Part shown: in pieces, positions 18,215-26,997 of the stretch
Layout: each line of letters begins with the position of its first letter
How positions within the stretch are numbered: position 1 is the first letter of the stretch
Source: a virus
Taxonomy: Duplodnaviria > Caudoviricetes
DNA: 64,000 nt
IMG/VR virus record: IMGVR_UViG_3300031953_000001
Strand: one strand, 5' to 3'
Position numbers and translations under genes: made by a program
Notes under the pieces: generated by a model
The model's database searches: none
Seen by the model: the letters and a program-made list of their open reading frames with translations, nothing else
Told to the model about the DNA's origin: nothing

Positions 18215-18643
18215 ATGCTACGCAGACACTTCTTTGAAGAGAACGCCCCCTCCTTGGAGTCGGCGGATGAAACCATTGAGCAGCGCATCGATGCGATGGC
18301 AAAACTCAAGGATGTAAACGACAAGAGCTTCAACGCAGTCAACTGGCAGATCGCTATGGACCACATCGTTCAGAAGAGCGATAAGGCGTCCGCTAAGACA
18401 TTGGTTGGGTTGTTGACGAAGGGTATGACAGACACCCTTGAGAAAGCCGTCACGGAAGGCTCACTGGCTGACAGCGATTTGCCCAGCGCCGAGCAACGCG
18501 ACCGGCTGATCGATCTTGGACTGATGTCCCTGGTTTCGGAGAAAGGCAAGAAGATGAATGCCGTCTCCATGGTTGGGTTTAAGTTCTGGGACTTGGCTGG
18601 GGGTGACACCGCAGCGAAAGACGACAAGGACGACGGCGACTGA
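18215..18643 (+). CDS. putative virion head protein with an N-terminal propeptide
   Basis: GAGGA SD; early APSLE site; late promoter motif upstream. Confidence 0.6.
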   Translation: MLRRHFFEENAPSLESADETIEQRIDAMAKLKDVNDKSFNAVNWQIAMDHIVQKSDKASAKTLVGLLTKGMTDTLEKAVTEGSLADSDLPSAEQRDRLIDLGLMSLVSEKGKKMNAVSMVGFKFWDLAGGDTAAKDDKDDGD

Positions 18644-18687
18644 CCGCCGGCATAGGGGAGGGCGACGGCCCTCCCCTTATGTCGTTT

Positions 18688-19065
18688 TTACGTTTTGCTG
18701 GTCAAATCGATCTCTGTTGAGACGCCTGTGGGTTTTTGGCGGGAAGGTTCTCCTCCAGGGTCGCCACCGATCCTTCCTTTGAGGTCGGGGTTCAACGCCG
18801 CACCGGTTAATAAAGCCCCAAACGCCAAATGGAACAGTCCTGAACCGCGGAGTGTAAACGGCTCGTACCCATTGCCCACCACGGATACAACCTGACTCTG
18901 TATTCCAACGTCCATGCCTTTGATCTGATCAATCAACACCACCAAATCCAATCGGTTCAACCCCACCCATGCTGGGAATACCACAAAATCGCACAGACAG
19001 ATCAACGTATAAACAAACGCCGCCGCCGGTTTCCAGTGAGTTACCATCCAGTTATGTACTTTCAT
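18688..19065 (-). CDS. membrane protein, possible holin
   Basis: W...WKPAAAFVY..IC.CDF..FP ... PFTL.G.GLFHLAFGA.L pattern with 2-3 hydrophobic segments; TTGGTATG upstream at 19090-19097. Confidence 0.5.
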   Translation of the reverse strand: MKVHNWMVTHWKPAAAFVYTLICLCDFVVFPAWVGLNRLDLVVLIDQIKGMDVGIQSQVVSVVGNGYEPFTLRGSGLFHLAFGALLTGAALNPDLKGRIGGDPGGEPSRQKPTGVSTEIDLTSKT

Positions 19066-19138
19066 ACCCTATTCCTATTTAAGAACATACATACCAAACG
19101 GCATAAGGGACGGCCGAAGCCGCCCTTAAGAATACTGG

Positions 19139-20413
19139 TTACTTTTCGTAGTTGGCCAGGCCTCGTTCGCAGTACTCAATCATCGCTCGACTGGTCTGGA
19201 AGATGTAGCCGTACGCTTCAATGATGTTGTCCAGGAGGTACTCCATCCACACGGTGACGTTGTTACCGAAGTAATTGCCGATCATCACCTCAGCAATATC
19301 GATTAGGCCTTCTTTACCGTTGAAGATTTTACCCACCGGCAGCTTTTGTTGAATCAGTGGCAGATTGCCTTTGGCCTTGGACATCTCACTGGCGTCGGTA
19401 AGAAGGACTTCACCTTTATCCACCATGTCTTCCAATGAGGATACCGAGGCCTTAGCGAATGCAACCAAGGTTCGCATCTGATCCATCGTGGGGGCGGTTA
19501 CCTGGTCCTTCTCACGATACGTGCCGAAGGCATTGGCGTTGAACACCGAGATCTGAGTCAAAGGCACATCCCGAGACGACATGGCGATGGTGAATTGAGT
19601 CAGCTTGGCGGTCTTCATCATTTGTCCACCCGGCAGAACGGTGCCGTCCAGACCCTTAACCGCTGAGATATACCCTTCGATTTCTTTCTCAATGGCTACT
19701 TTAGAAGACGTCTGAAGCTTTACAATCTGGTCTTTCTCAGTCTTAGCGTTGAATTTAAAGATCTCTTTCTGAGTGGTCTCGATCCGATCCAACAGACCGC
19801 GTCCAAATTGGGTGGTTTCTGCAACAAACGCCGTGGTGGCTTCGATGGACTTGGCGTAGTTATCAACCAGGTCCTTAGGTTCCATGCTGGTTTTGATGTG
19901 CAGCCGAGAGCCACCGGCCACTTTGATGGTGTCTTTAATAGGAACGGCTTTTCGATCTATGTCGTCTAAGCCCCTGAGAACGTCTTCAGCACGTTTTTCC
20001 AATCCTTCGTACGACCCAGTAATGCTTGTAGTAAAGTCCTTCCAGCCGCGCTGTATGCGCCCACCAGCGTTCAACGTGGCCCGTCCGATCCGTTTGACCA
20101 GATTGATCATGCCTTCTTGAGAGAACTCGGCTTCGACGGCAAACTCAGCGCCAAAGAAATTCTCCAAGGTCAAACGATAGCTTGCTTCAAGACCGTCGAT
20201 TGATCCGTTGCTTTCCAAGGTGGCGGCGTACAGATTTGAGAAAGCTTCGATCGATTGTTGGGCGCGGGTTAGACTCTCCATCTGAAGCGTCGCTAACCTA
20301 ACCTCGTTGCCAGCTTCAATCACCCGCTCAGCGGCGCGTTCGCCTGAGATGCGGTCTTCCAGAGTCATCGCAATGTGAGGCTCTGGGCGAAACAGTTCTG
20401 CGGCTAATCGCAT
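19139..20413 (-). CDS. phiKZ-type internal head (inner-body family) protein
   Basis: AAGGA SD before ATG 20413; acidic propeptide with TLE/GLE/SQE sites, then a helical domain; late promoter at 20450-20457. Confidence 0.65.
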   Translation of the reverse strand: MRLAAELFRPEPHIAMTLEDRISGERAAERVIEAGNEVRLATLQMESLTRAQQSIEAFSNLYAATLESNGSIDGLEASYRLTLENFFGAEFAVEAEFSQEGMINLVKRIGRATLNAGGRIQRGWKDFTTSITGSYEGLEKRAEDVLRGLDDIDRKAVPIKDTIKVAGGSRLHIKTSMEPKDLVDNYAKSIEATTAFVAETTQFGRGLLDRIETTQKEIFKFNAKTEKDQIVKLQTSSKVAIEKEIEGYISAVKGLDGTVLPGGQMMKTAKLTQFTIAMSSRDVPLTQISVFNANAFGTYREKDQVTAPTMDQMRTLVAFAKASVSSLEDMVDKGEVLLTDASEMSKAKGNLPLIQQKLPVGKIFNGKEGLIDIAEVMIGNYFGNNVTVWMEYLLDNIIEAYGYIFQTSRAMIEYCERGLANYEK

Positions 20414-20502
20414 GGGTTGTATCCTTTTAGTGAGAATTGATGAGAGTGCCATACCATGACGGACATAAGAAAGGGTCCGAAGACCCCTTCCTGTGTTAAA
20501 CG

Positions 20503-20754
20503 TTATACCCGAGGTTTCCCGTGAGGGCCTTCGTCAGGTCCAAGGGCCTCCAGGCAAGTCATAGTGTCACGCTGCAACTCTTCGGCACGAACCAACAGCG
20601 ACACTATGGCTTCATTGTTGACGCGGATGCGGTCGTTGGCCGGGCAGTTACCCGTCAGTTTAAGGGTTTTGGCTCTCAACTCCCGTTGCAGTTGAGACAA
20701 GAGCGTCTCTAACTTGTGTCCGTCGGGGTTATCCACACTCATTAAGATTGGCAT
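20503..20754 (-). CDS. hypothetical protein
   Basis: 83-aa ORF directly downstream of the helicase, with a GAGG SD. Confidence 0.65.
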   Translation of the reverse strand: MPILMSVDNPDGHKLETLLSQLQRELRAKTLKLTGNCPANDRIRVNNEAIVSLLVRAEELQRDTMTCLEALGPDEGPHGKPRV

Positions 20755-20766
20755 ACGCTCGCCTCT

Positions 20767-22287
20767 TTAGGTGAAGTCAATCTGCATTCCCGCCTCAGCG
20801 GTGGTGAGGGATTCGAACGACGAGTCGTCGACGTGCAAGTCATCGGGTACATACGCAACTTCTTGGAACGGCAGATAGAAGTGACGGTACTTCAGTGGGG
20901 TGGCTTTCACTGTCCGGTGCTTTCCGCGGTGAATGGCCAGGTAGTGTTTCTTATCCCGTTCTACAATGTCCACGAAGATTTCAAGATCGGCCTCGTTGGC
21001 AATGCGCTTAGAACCGTCCCAGTAGTTCTTACCCGCGATCTCTGCCACAAAGTTCGCCACCCCTGAGCGTTTCACGGCCATGGCCTCTTGCGACAGCTGA
21101 TGGGGGGTAACAAACAGAATGTTGCGCGCCGACATGAACGTCCGCACCCGTTGCATCAGCATGCGGATGTCTTCACCGATCATCCCCGACTGACACCCTT
21201 TGCGGTTGATCATCGCCAGGTAATCGAAGTAGATGGCGTGTACTTCACAACCTTCCGACTCGTACCTCAGAACCGTGTTGTACAGTTCCTGATAGGTGAA
21301 CTGACTGGGGTCCAACCGAATCATCTCGACGTTCCAGCCACGGGCGGTCAGCTTTTCAGCAACGTAGCCGGCGGCTTCGTCTTTATCGATTCGGGTAATG
21401 TCCACCGCGGTGCCGGTTTCATTCTCTTTAAGCGCCACGTACATCCGGATCAGGTCTTCTTCAGCGCGGTTCTCACTGGAGAAGTACAGGATGGTGGGCT
21501 TTTTATTCTCAGTTTCTTGGATGGGGTCGTTGTGAATGCACGCATGACGGAACAGATCGTGCACCAAACCAGACTTGTAACAGTGGGTCAACCCCCCCGC
21601 TAGTACGAACATACCTCGACGCATCTGACCGCTTTCGCCCATCATGCGATTGAATGCTTGCCAGCCGCTCTTAAAGCCACCGCTGCCCTCGTTGTCTTCT
21701 TTGGCTTTCTCTAATACGCTTTTCAAGCTCTCTGGGTCGCTCATGCTCATTAAGTTGATAATAAACTCCTGTTGATTTTTGCTCCAACCGTTAGAAAAGG
21801 CCTCTAGATCGGCCACCAAGTTCTCGACGTACTTCCTCCAATCCAGAGGCTTCTTGTTATAAAACAGCTCTCTATGCGCTTTGTGGACAATCTCACGGAT
21901 GGCCCACTGGTGTAAGAATTGCTTCAACTCGGTGTTCAGACCCCCACACAACTTGATCAAAGACTCATCGTCAACGGCGTGGTACCGGTCCACGTCTTCA
22001 AACGCCTGGAACACCGTGAAGTCTTCCCCAGCATTTAACCGCACACGTTGCAGCAGGGCGTTGAAATCAAACGGTTCGCTCTCAGGTTGATCGCACATCC
22101 ACATCACCGTTTCACGCAGACCCACGATGACGTTGCGGCCGCTGTCGGTCTCGGTGATCTGCTCAGGAAGCTTTAAGCGGGAGATGATGTCTTGAGCAAT
22201 GTCGATGCTGCGGTGGGTGGTGCGCTTGCACAGTCCTTCACAGTACAATAGGGTGATGATCTTAATCAGAACCAGTTTGGAGTCCAT
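20767..22287 (-). CDS. DnaB-like replicative helicase (phiKZ gp118 type)
   Basis: Start MDSKLVLIK at 22287; Walker-A-like GGLTHCYKSG, YFSSEN, IYFDYL, VTPHQLS and IHRGKHR; divergent from the MCP operon as in phiKZ-like phages. Confidence 0.85.
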   Translation of the reverse strand: MDSKLVLIKIITLLYCEGLCKRTTHRSIDIAQDIISRLKLPEQITETDSGRNVIVGLRETVMWMCDQPESEPFDFNALLQRVRLNAGEDFTVFQAFEDVDRYHAVDDESLIKLCGGLNTELKQFLHQWAIREIVHKAHRELFYNKKPLDWRKYVENLVADLEAFSNGWSKNQQEFIINLMSMSDPESLKSVLEKAKEDNEGSGGFKSGWQAFNRMMGESGQMRRGMFVLAGGLTHCYKSGLVHDLFRHACIHNDPIQETENKKPTILYFSSENRAEEDLIRMYVALKENETGTAVDITRIDKDEAAGYVAEKLTARGWNVEMIRLDPSQFTYQELYNTVLRYESEGCEVHAIYFDYLAMINRKGCQSGMIGEDIRMLMQRVRTFMSARNILFVTPHQLSQEAMAVKRSGVANFVAEIAGKNYWDGSKRIANEADLEIFVDIVERDKKHYLAIHRGKHRTVKATPLKYRHFYLPFQEVAYVPDDLHVDDSSFESLTTAEAGMQIDFT

Positions 22288-22453
22288 TGTTCGTCCTTCG
22301 TTGTTACTTAATCGAGTGTCGATGTGACCGCTGCGAATCGTCACTCGAGAGTAGAAAATTGTTCGAGCTATACCATCCCCAAGTCCCATCCAATTTGAAT
22401 AATGCACCATAATGTGATGCAGACCTTTATGAACAAGTCGAAGGGAGCCTACC

Positions 22454-23017
22454 ATGCGACTGATTTGCGTACCTCTGTGGCTGTCACAGACCCTAACCTA
22501 CCACGGCCTGCCGGAGAGCGCATTGTTGAATGAGGCAGCGCTCTCTCCCTACATGCCTAAAAAGGACTTGGATTGCTACAATGATCTGAGCCTGGATGCA
22601 AACGAGTACCTCGAGAAGACCTTTGGTATCCAGAACTTGGTGCACCACGCGTCTGCTCCTGTGCGGGTTGATCGACCGTTTGGTCAATCCAGTGACGTAA
22701 AGGCCAGCTTAGCTGCCCGGATCGTCCGCGATCTCGAGATCAGTCAAGGAACTAAGGGTTTAGATTACGCCATGGTTGGACGGCACTTACCGTCCGGTTA
22801 TGTCTGGTCAATGACGGCCCGCCCTCTTAACAGCACCCAAGGCGACGGTGCGATTGGGTTGTTTGTGTATTTAATAGAAGGCACGTCCGCTGACAAAATA
22901 GAAGCCGATACGGTATTTTTGTCCGAACTGCTGGAACTATTGTATGCACACAATCTAACCATCGACAGGCTGGCGCAGTCCGGCTTACTTGGGGCTTACA
23001 TTAATCGCCTAACCTAA
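22454..23017 (+). CDS. conserved protein upstream of the major capsid gene (phiKZ gp119 position)
   Basis: GGGAG SD; assignment rests on synteny. Confidence 0.6.
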   Translation: MRLICVPLWLSQTLTYHGLPESALLNEAALSPYMPKKDLDCYNDLSLDANEYLEKTFGIQNLVHHASAPVRVDRPFGQSSDVKASLAARIVRDLEISQGTKGLDYAMVGRHLPSGYVWSMTARPLNSTQGDGAIGLFVYLIEGTSADKIEADTVFLSELLELLYAHNLTIDRLAQSGLLGAYINRLT

Positions 23018-23110
23018 GCTTGGTGATAAGCGCCGCCATTGTATAGTGGCGGCTTTGAAATCCAGCTACTGGCCCATTAGATTTCTTTTGAGCAAAAGGA
23101 ACCAAACAGC

Positions 23111-25273
23111 ATGTCTAAGAAAACGCGTTTTTCGAATGAATTGAGCGGTATCATCTCCAGTCTGGAAATGTCCCTTAACCACAACGGCATCGAAGTCACC
23201 GACGGTGTTGCTAAAGGAGCTTACTCTCAGGAGTCAGCACAAGACTTCAACCAACACTTTGACACACAGACTCAAGGTCTGCGTCAGATTGTTTCGGATG
23301 CGATGAGTGAGATCGATCCGGGCTTCTCCCAAGAAGCGATGAGTGCAGACATGAGCGAGCCTATGCGCGCTGGTCTGATTGCAGCCCTGGCTTCACGTAA
23401 AGGCGCAGCTCAGTACCACAAGCAAGCCCTGGCTTCCCAGAACAACGACCGCAACCTGTCCTTGGAATCTATTTTCAATGGCGTAGGCGGTGAAGTAAAC
23501 GTAGCCGAAGCCAACGCTTATTCTCAGGAATCGTTTGACGAAACTGAGCTGGCGAACTTTGCTGCACAGAACATCATGTACAACGTACTGGCCTCGCGTC
23601 AGGACCCGTTTGCAGAAGCGTTCTTCCCAACCAAGGTTGTGACTCCGGCTGAAGCTGGCATCAAGATCACCGTGGATCGTCAGGAAGTTCTGGACTACGC
23701 TCAACACAAGACTGACGGATCGTCTTTGGGTGAGAAGCGCTCCAACCTGATCGATGCCTTTGCCGATGCAAGCATCCTGAACCGTCCGGCTACCGAACTG
23801 GTACCCTGGGCTAAAGAAGACAACAGCAACGACGGTTACTTTGTTGCTAACGACGATGTTGCTGCACGCTCGGTTGAGTTGTCTGGCCATGCGGTACGCA
23901 CACGTCCGTTGAAGATGGGCAAGCGTGTTAACCTGCTGGGCATCTCTTCACACCCAGGTCTGATCGACAATGGCGTTCTGGACGTCACCGATCAAATCGC
24001 CAACGGCATGCGTTTGACCAACCTGTACGTTAAATTGGTCGACAGCACCGCCACACCGGCAACTGTTGAGATTGTGAAGTTGGGCGTGGGCAACATGACC
24101 CGCACTCAGTTCAAGAAATCCCACGAAGGCAAAGGCCGTGAAGTGGTACTGAACTTCATCTCCGACGCGGTGGTGATTGACAGTGCTAGCAAGACACCCG
24201 CCGGTGCTGCTCTGGCCCTGTTGGCCAGCCAAGTAGCTACCCCTGACCTGACCGTTCAACTGTCTCTGTCCGTTAGCGGCTCTGGCAACCTGAACGAAGG
24301 TACTGTGGACGTTCATTCTTCCCCGGTCCGTGTTGAGTCTGTGGTTGATTCTGACGGTTCTGTGTTGTCTCTGTCTGAAGGTGCTGGTAAGGCGGTTGTA
24401 GATCGTCTGGAAGCCCTGAGTGCATCTGTTATCGGTTACGACCTGAACGCACGTCGTTCTAACAGCAACTGGCGCTCTACCGGTGCCCTGATCGACGTAA
24501 CTCCGTACACCGAGAGCTACGCAATCGAGCCAGGCTACCCCATCAGCGTTCTGACGCCGACTGACGACACCCAGAATGGTGCCAAGATCTCTGGTATGGT
24601 TAACGCTGCGCGTATCCGCAACAGCAACAACGCCATCACCACTCTGATCAACTACGGCGAACAGCTGGAAGCGTATCAGCAAGCCATGCTGCGCGGCGTT
24701 AAGCTGGACATCGTGGGCGCTGGTCGTCACGTGGTTAAGCCGTTCTTCGCATCGGACAACCTAGACGTGGCTGCCCGTGTTACGTCCATCAGCTCGCATG
24801 AACGCGCTGAAGACGTGTCCATGGTTCTGGTTGATGCTATCCGTGACATGGCTTACCGCATGTACCGTGAAGCCAACTACGGCCCGGCTCTGGATCTGGC
24901 GAACGCCGGTACTCAGACCAAGCCTATCGTGCTGATCGGTTGTGATGCTGTGGTTCAGCGTTACCTGATGGTGTCTGGTGATGACCGTCTGCTGGGTGAG
25001 ATGGTGGATTACCGCATCGTGTCTACCAACGACACACGCATGACCGACAGCATCTACCTGACCTTCACTCGTGAGCGTCCAGGCAGTGAAGACGGTCTGA
25101 GCTTTGGTGTACACGCGTACATCCCAGAGCTGATCCAGCGTGTGACTACCAACCGTGGTGGTTCTACTGCTAAGAACGATCGTGTCGTTCCTCGCAGCAT
25201 CCACGTACCGGTACTGCCGGTTCTGGGTCACATCCGGGTTGTAGGACTGAAAGAAGCCATCACCAACACTTAA
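23111..25273 (+). CDS. major capsid protein precursor (phiKZ gp120 type)
   Basis: 720 aa; propeptide with SLE, YSQE, FSQE, SLE and YSQE sites; RQDPFAEAFFPT and RIRNSNNAIT-type motifs; strongly biased codon usage; synteny. Confidence 0.9.
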   Translation: MSKKTRFSNELSGIISSLEMSLNHNGIEVTDGVAKGAYSQESAQDFNQHFDTQTQGLRQIVSDAMSEIDPGFSQEAMSADMSEPMRAGLIAALASRKGAAQYHKQALASQNNDRNLSLESIFNGVGGEVNVAEANAYSQESFDETELANFAAQNIMYNVLASRQDPFAEAFFPTKVVTPAEAGIKITVDRQEVLDYAQHKTDGSSLGEKRSNLIDAFADASILNRPATELVPWAKEDNSNDGYFVANDDVAARSVELSGHAVRTRPLKMGKRVNLLGISSHPGLIDNGVLDVTDQIANGMRLTNLYVKLVDSTATPATVEIVKLGVGNMTRTQFKKSHEGKGREVVLNFISDAVVIDSASKTPAGAALALLASQVATPDLTVQLSLSVSGSGNLNEGTVDVHSSPVRVESVVDSDGSVLSLSEGAGKAVVDRLEALSASVIGYDLNARRSNSNWRSTGALIDVTPYTESYAIEPGYPISVLTPTDDTQNGAKISGMVNAARIRNSNNAITTLINYGEQLEAYQQAMLRGVKLDIVGAGRHVVKPFFASDNLDVAARVTSISSHERAEDVSMVLVDAIRDMAYRMYREANYGPALDLANAGTQTKPIVLIGCDAVVQRYLMVSGDDRLLGEMVDYRIVSTNDTRMTDSIYLTFTRERPGSEDGLSFGVHAYIPELIQRVTTNRGGSTAKNDRVVPRSIHVPVLPVLGHIRVVGLKEAITNT

Positions 25274-25327
25274 CAGTGAGGTGACTTGAGTTTCGGGCAC
25301 GGTGCCTGATGCTTGAATGTAATGGGC

Positions 25328-25376
25328 GCATAAGGGGCAGGCTTCGGCTTGTCCCTTATGTCGTCTTGATGGTATG
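25328..25376 (+). promoter_or_regulatory. MCP terminator hairpin followed by late promoter ATGGTATG
   Basis: GCATAAGGGGCAGGC-TTCG-GCTTGTCCCTTATG, then ATGGTATG at 25369-25376. Confidence 0.7.
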
Positions 25377-25405
25377 AACACTCGCCCCTTGGAGATAATG
25401 ATAAC

Positions 25406-25696
25406 ATGGCTACTATTACTGATCTGGACGCAAAACGCGTTGAAATGAATAATGCGATCGATGCGTACAAGCAAGCAATCCTGGATTACCAGGCATCGAC
25501 TATTACTCTGGCACAACTGAATGCAGCTAAAGACGCCGCCAGCAGTAAAGCCGATGAGTTCGGCAAATTGGCCGGTCAAGTGAAGAAAGACAATCCTGGT
25601 ACGCCTACTGCGGATTTCTTTTCAAACTCAACCGTTCAAACCCAGGCACGGATCGATCACGTTGCAACGACCATGACCAATGGCCCAGCGGTTTAG
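25406..25696 (+). CDS. small helical late protein, domain X copy 1
   Basis: GGAG SD; homologous to 62834..63115 and to the N-terminus of 53468..54682. Confidence 0.8.
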   Translation: MATITDLDAKRVEMNNAIDAYKQAILDYQASTITLAQLNAAKDAASSKADEFGKLAGQVKKDNPGTPTADFFSNSTVQTQARIDHVATTMTNGPAV

Positions 25697-25758
25697 TCAG
25701 TCAGCATAAGGGACAAGCCAAAGTCTGAGCGCCAGCAACTTCCTTAACTTCGCATAAC

Positions 25759-25793
25759 CGCATAAGGGAGAGGCCAAATGGCCTCTCCCTATG
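25759..25793. terminator. CATA..TATG family hairpin
   Basis: CGCATAAGGGAGAGGCC-AAAT-GGCCTCTCCCTATG. Confidence 0.7.
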
Positions 25794-25809
25794 TTTGCCT
25801 TGCACTTTT

Positions 25810-25833
25810 TTTGAGTCATATATCATCAAAGTG
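25810..25833 (+). promoter_or_regulatory. putative early promoter (TATATCAT class)
   Basis: TTTGAGTCATATATCATCAAAGTG. Confidence 0.6.
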
Positions 25834-25872
25834 TTATCCATTACATTCACTAACGGACGAAGACCATGTGAC

Positions 25873-26985
25873 ATGCAACACATCGAGCCGCAAGAGACCC
25901 GATACATCGAGGTTGGTGATGTCGAGGTCTATACAGCCATAAGCCGTGCTCGAGGTCCTTTGGAATACAGTCTGGCGTACTTCAATCACCTCAATCGAGA
26001 GGTAACGATCACGCTGCGCAACGGCGTGCCGTTCAAGCTTCCTGCCGGAGACGGACGGAAGAACTGCGTTGAGGTACTAGCCACCTTCAGCATCGATCCT
26101 CAGGTGAGGGTAGATCCGAAGAGTACATTCCACAATGGCACCAGCGTCTCTGCGGAGTCGTTGGCGCTTAAAGCGGCCCTTGAGAACTGTGAGAAAAGCG
26201 GTCGATTCAACCGAAAAAGCTTCACGCTGAAGTACAGCGTTCCGGCGGAGAAGGTTGAAAAGAACAGCGGTGCCATCTACATTGCCGACTTGGACATGAC
26301 CCTCTCGGTCAGTTCGGACGATCGTCGTGCAATCCATCCGTATAGCCCCAGCAGCGATCGATACCGTCTCATTGAGGCGGAGGTGAATATCAACAACCCC
26401 GAGCGGTTTGGGTATTCTTTGTATCTGATCAGCAACAACGGAGCCATCACAGATAAGTACATTAACGTAGGAGGACGAGTTTATCGCGTACCCAGCATTG
26501 AGAATAAATCATTACGGGATGGCGTTTATCTATGTAGTAGTGGCTGCATAGAAGAAAAGGGAAACGCCCCTGTACCAGTCACCGAGTACTACACCCACGA
26601 ACAAGCTATTGAGCAACTGAGGCTCTTCGACGATCCTGAGACTGCCCGGAACCACGGCGATGCTTTGGCTGCTCGAGAGCAGGAACTTAAAGACCTTCAA
26701 TTTAAATACAAAGAACTAGAACACGATCAGAAAATGGAACGGTTGAAATACGAGCATAAACTGGCCGTACAAAAACAGGAAGTGGAGGAATTAAAGCTTG
26801 AGCAAGAACGTCAATTCGCCCGTGAGGAACACGAGCGTAAGATGCGAGCTATGCGCGATAAGGAGTACTACGACACGCGTCAATCGGCCCGCAAGGATTC
26901 CAGCGAGCTTATCAAGTTCATTCCAGTATTGATCACCGGAGTAATAGCCATAGCAATGGTTATTTCTAAACACAACAAAGACTAG
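25873..26985 (+). CDS. conserved protein with a C-terminal coiled coil and membrane anchor (phiKZ gp122 position)
   Basis: Coiled coil ELKDLQFKYKELEHDQK..., then hydrophobic FIPVLITGVIAIAMVI; synteny. Confidence 0.65.
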   Translation: MQHIEPQETRYIEVGDVEVYTAISRARGPLEYSLAYFNHLNREVTITLRNGVPFKLPAGDGRKNCVEVLATFSIDPQVRVDPKSTFHNGTSVSAESLALKAALENCEKSGRFNRKSFTLKYSVPAEKVEKNSGAIYIADLDMTLSVSSDDRRAIHPYSPSSDRYRLIEAEVNINNPERFGYSLYLISNNGAITDKYINVGGRVYRVPSIENKSLRDGVYLCSSGCIEEKGNAPVPVTEYYTHEQAIEQLRLFDDPETARNHGDALAAREQELKDLQFKYKELEHDQKMERLKYEHKLAVQKQEVEELKLEQERQFAREEHERKMRAMRDKEYYDTRQSARKDSSELIKFIPVLITGVIAIAMVISKHNKD

Positions 26986-26997
26986 GATCGGTTGTTG

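Noticed and set aside
20767-22455. Track start of the DnaB-like helicase at 22455, and a possible intein
   Set aside because: The first 56 codons span the divergent intergenic region and overlap the next gene's start; ATG 22287 is the plausible start. No intein motifs were seen.
23034-23056. GCCGCCA-TTGTATAG-TGGCGGC hairpin in the MCP leader as a novel element
   Set aside because: It is a single occurrence and could be an ordinary terminator or stability hairpin; there is not enough support to call it.
23393-25579. Long minus-strand ORFs opposite the major capsid gene (23393..23890, 23948..24730, 24761..25579)
   Set aside because: These are antisense shadows caused by the strong codon bias of MCP; they have no SD, motifs or promoter.
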